DNA of 64,000 bases from Utricularia gibba (lineage: Eukaryota; Plantae; Magnoliophyta), in NCBI GenBank assembly GCA_002189035.1, contig NEEC01000016.1, forward strand, positions 1,674,001-1,738,000, written 5' to 3'. Made by a program: the position numbers and the translations under genes. Positions 61,818 through 64,000 of this stretch are shown here, in pieces; the first letter of the stretch is position 1, and every line of letters begins with the position of its first letter. Under the pieces are notes generated by a model. The model searched no databases, had not been told where the DNA came from, and saw only the letters and a program-made list of their open reading frames with translations.

Positions 61818-62979
61818 ATTTGATTACCTGAAGGCTGAAACACAATCAAGAGAAATAAATCAATTTCAAACTTTATATACACAACTCTAAGCCGTAGATA
61901 CACACGGTTCCATTTTTCTTTGGATAGTCGCGCACATACCTTTTCGAAGGTCTCCAGACACCGCAAAGCGGGTGGGTTTTACGGATTCAGCTCCAATTGT
62001 TGTCCGAAAACCTTCCAAAATTCAGAATTCGGCTTCTAAATGCACAATGAACAGTACAAGCCTTTGAATATTTTCGTGTCTTCAAGCGAGAGAGGCACAA
62101 CTCATTTGATAATTAGGTTATGGGCTGGCCATGTATTTATATTCTTGTGAGTCAGCCCAACACTTCTTAACACACTACATGCCAGGCCCATTTACACTGA
62201 CCCGCCGAGTCGACTCGTACCCGTAGACCACCGACCCATCCCGTACCCGTTTTTGACGGTTACGGGTGGTTGGACCCGTCACGGGTTGACCCGCCGGATA
62301 CACGGGTCAACCCGTAACCGTGCCCAGCTCTAATCGAATCTCACAGAATATAGAATAATTAAAGACAAATTTGAGCTCCAAGAACAAGGAGACAACTGAT
62401 ATGGGCTGGGCCTCTTCAATTTCGCCCCGACCCCGATCAACTGTTTTCTAACGGCTTTTAATTTTTGTAAATTGGTTTAGATTGGGGCCACATTACAAAT
62501 TCTAATGACGGATTTACATAAATTTGTATTTTTAAATTTAAATATATATAAATAAATATATATATATATATAACAATTGGCTTGTGCTTGTAATAGATTT
62601 ATCTCTTAAATCCACGTCTTTCATTTTCAAGCTCTTGATTGAGTTTAGCATATAGACTTTAAATCACTATTTTTTTATATCATAAGTTTGTTGGATGATA
62701 ACCTTGACTCAGATAAGAACTACTAGGCAGTTACTATGGATAAGATTAGGAAGTTGTTATAGTTACTAAAAGTTATTAAGATAAATATCTCAATCATGTG
62801 CACATTAATACAATGACCAAAACCTATAGTAATTTCTACATTCCTTTTCCTTGTTCTTTGGAGCATTTTCTCGAATACATGTTGTGCAAAATCAGTAGCC
62901 TTTGATCCCCAGCCTGTATGTTTCTTCATTGACCAAAACCTACCGTACAAGCATACTTGATGTGATTAAGAATACACAA

Positions 62980-64000
62980 TTCCTCCAACAAAGTGGTATC
63001 AAAGCAAGCTAAGATTCTATGGTAACCAATAGCGCACTTCCAATCCCCACACTCACCAAAGAAAATTATGAGAATTGGAGTTTGAGAATGCAAGCCTTGT
63101 TTGGCACAATGAACTGATGGACGTGATCTCAATAGCACCTATTGCTAATGAGGCTGTAGCATAGAAAAAGGACCAGAAGGCCTTGTCATTGATCTAGAGG
63201 CATTGGATGATAAATTATTAGAGAAAGTGGCAGGTGCCACTACACCAAAACAAGCATGGGACATGTTGACAGCTTAATTCCAAGGGGTAGATCGTATGAA
63301 ATGAGTAAGATTGCAAACATTGAGAGGTGAGTTTGAGGTGTTGAGGAATAAACCAGGAGAATCAATATCATATTACGTAGTTCGAGTGCAAGATGAACGT
63401 GTTGTTGAAAAAGTCCTGAGATCTTTGGAGCATAAATTTGATCATACTTCAATGGCAATTGAAGAGACAAATGATGTCACTAACATGGCCATCGAGGAAC
63501 TTAGTGGTTCCTTAGAAGCTTATGAAGCAAGATTAAAGAGTAGAGAGGACTCTACATCTACAAAACTACTCAAAGTTAAGGATGATCGTGGGAAGGAAGA
63601 ACAACGAGAACACTTCCCTTGTGGAAGAGGCCACGGTCGAGCCTCTTATTACCGTGGCAGAGGTAGAGGAGGAAATTCTAGGAGGAATTCTAACCAAGAG
63701 AAAAATTCAGAATTTTCTTATCAACATGGAAGAGGAAGGTGGCATACATGAGAAAGAGGAAACTAGATACAAAGAGGTTCCTATAACAGCTCAAACACCT
63801 CAAGGGAAGTGGATAAAACAAGAGTAGAGTGTTATTCATGTCATAAAAAAGGGCATTGCTCTTGGAAATGCATAAATAATATAGGAAATCATCAATCTAA
63901 TTTTTTCTCAAGAGGTCTCAAAAGAAGAATCTGAGCCACTCTTACTTATGGCATTTGAAGAAAAGAGGAACTGGAATTTATGTAAAAAATGGTACTCAGA
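62980..64000 (+). mobile_element. Copia element 5' part: LTR end, PBS and degenerate gag, running off the window
   Basis: LTR end ...TCCTCCAACA (62990), PBS TGGTATCAAAGC 62994-63005, ATG 63019, LTKENYENW, RLQTLRGEFE, VVEKVLRSL, zinc knuckle CYSCHKKGHCSWKC; multiple stops. Confidence 0.88.

Larger units (their letters stand above)
56682..62332 (-). mobile_element. Full-length hAT element, 5651 bp, with transposase, cargo gene and internal repeat array
   Basis: 15-bp TIRs TAGAGGTGGGCACGG / CCGTGCCCAGCTCTA (1 mismatch); 8-bp TSD ATTGAATC / ATCGAATC; GACCCG/CGGGTC subterminal repeats. Confidence 0.93.

Noticed and set aside
1-64000. tRNA, rRNA, organellar or bacterial inserts
   Set aside because: None recognised; the only tRNA-related sequences are retrotransposon primer-binding sites.

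Overview
Eudicot-type plant nuclear DNA, mostly nested transposon remnants, with a gene-rich right half. Host genes: two tandem 5-exon GDSL lipases (one intact, one frameshifted), an intact AXR4-like alpha/beta-hydrolase-fold gene, a divergently transcribed CYP94B-like P450 (three 1-nt frameshifts), RPS21 (one 1-nt frameshift, probably an assembly error) and a 13-exon ACX4 ending in SRL. The left 40 kb is an old tandem duplication of the unit [gag-less three-LTR copia + AXR4 fragment + GDSL]. Each copy then collected its own insertions: Athila-like LTRs, a Tat gypsy element, a hAT MITE and a second copia. Two DNA transposons have both ends intact and carry extra genes. A MULE (45432-52155) carries a Plant Mobile Domain gene. 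A hAT (56682-62332) carries a convergent 5-exon gene fusing a gypsy Tat-type Transposase_28 domain to an FCP1/NIF HAD phosphatase-like domain, next to a 56-bp palindromic repeat array that is also retained in a 466-bp MITE of the same family. This hAT cargo arrangement is the most unusual feature. Coordinates and alignments were read by eye and family names come from motif recognition; no searches were run.
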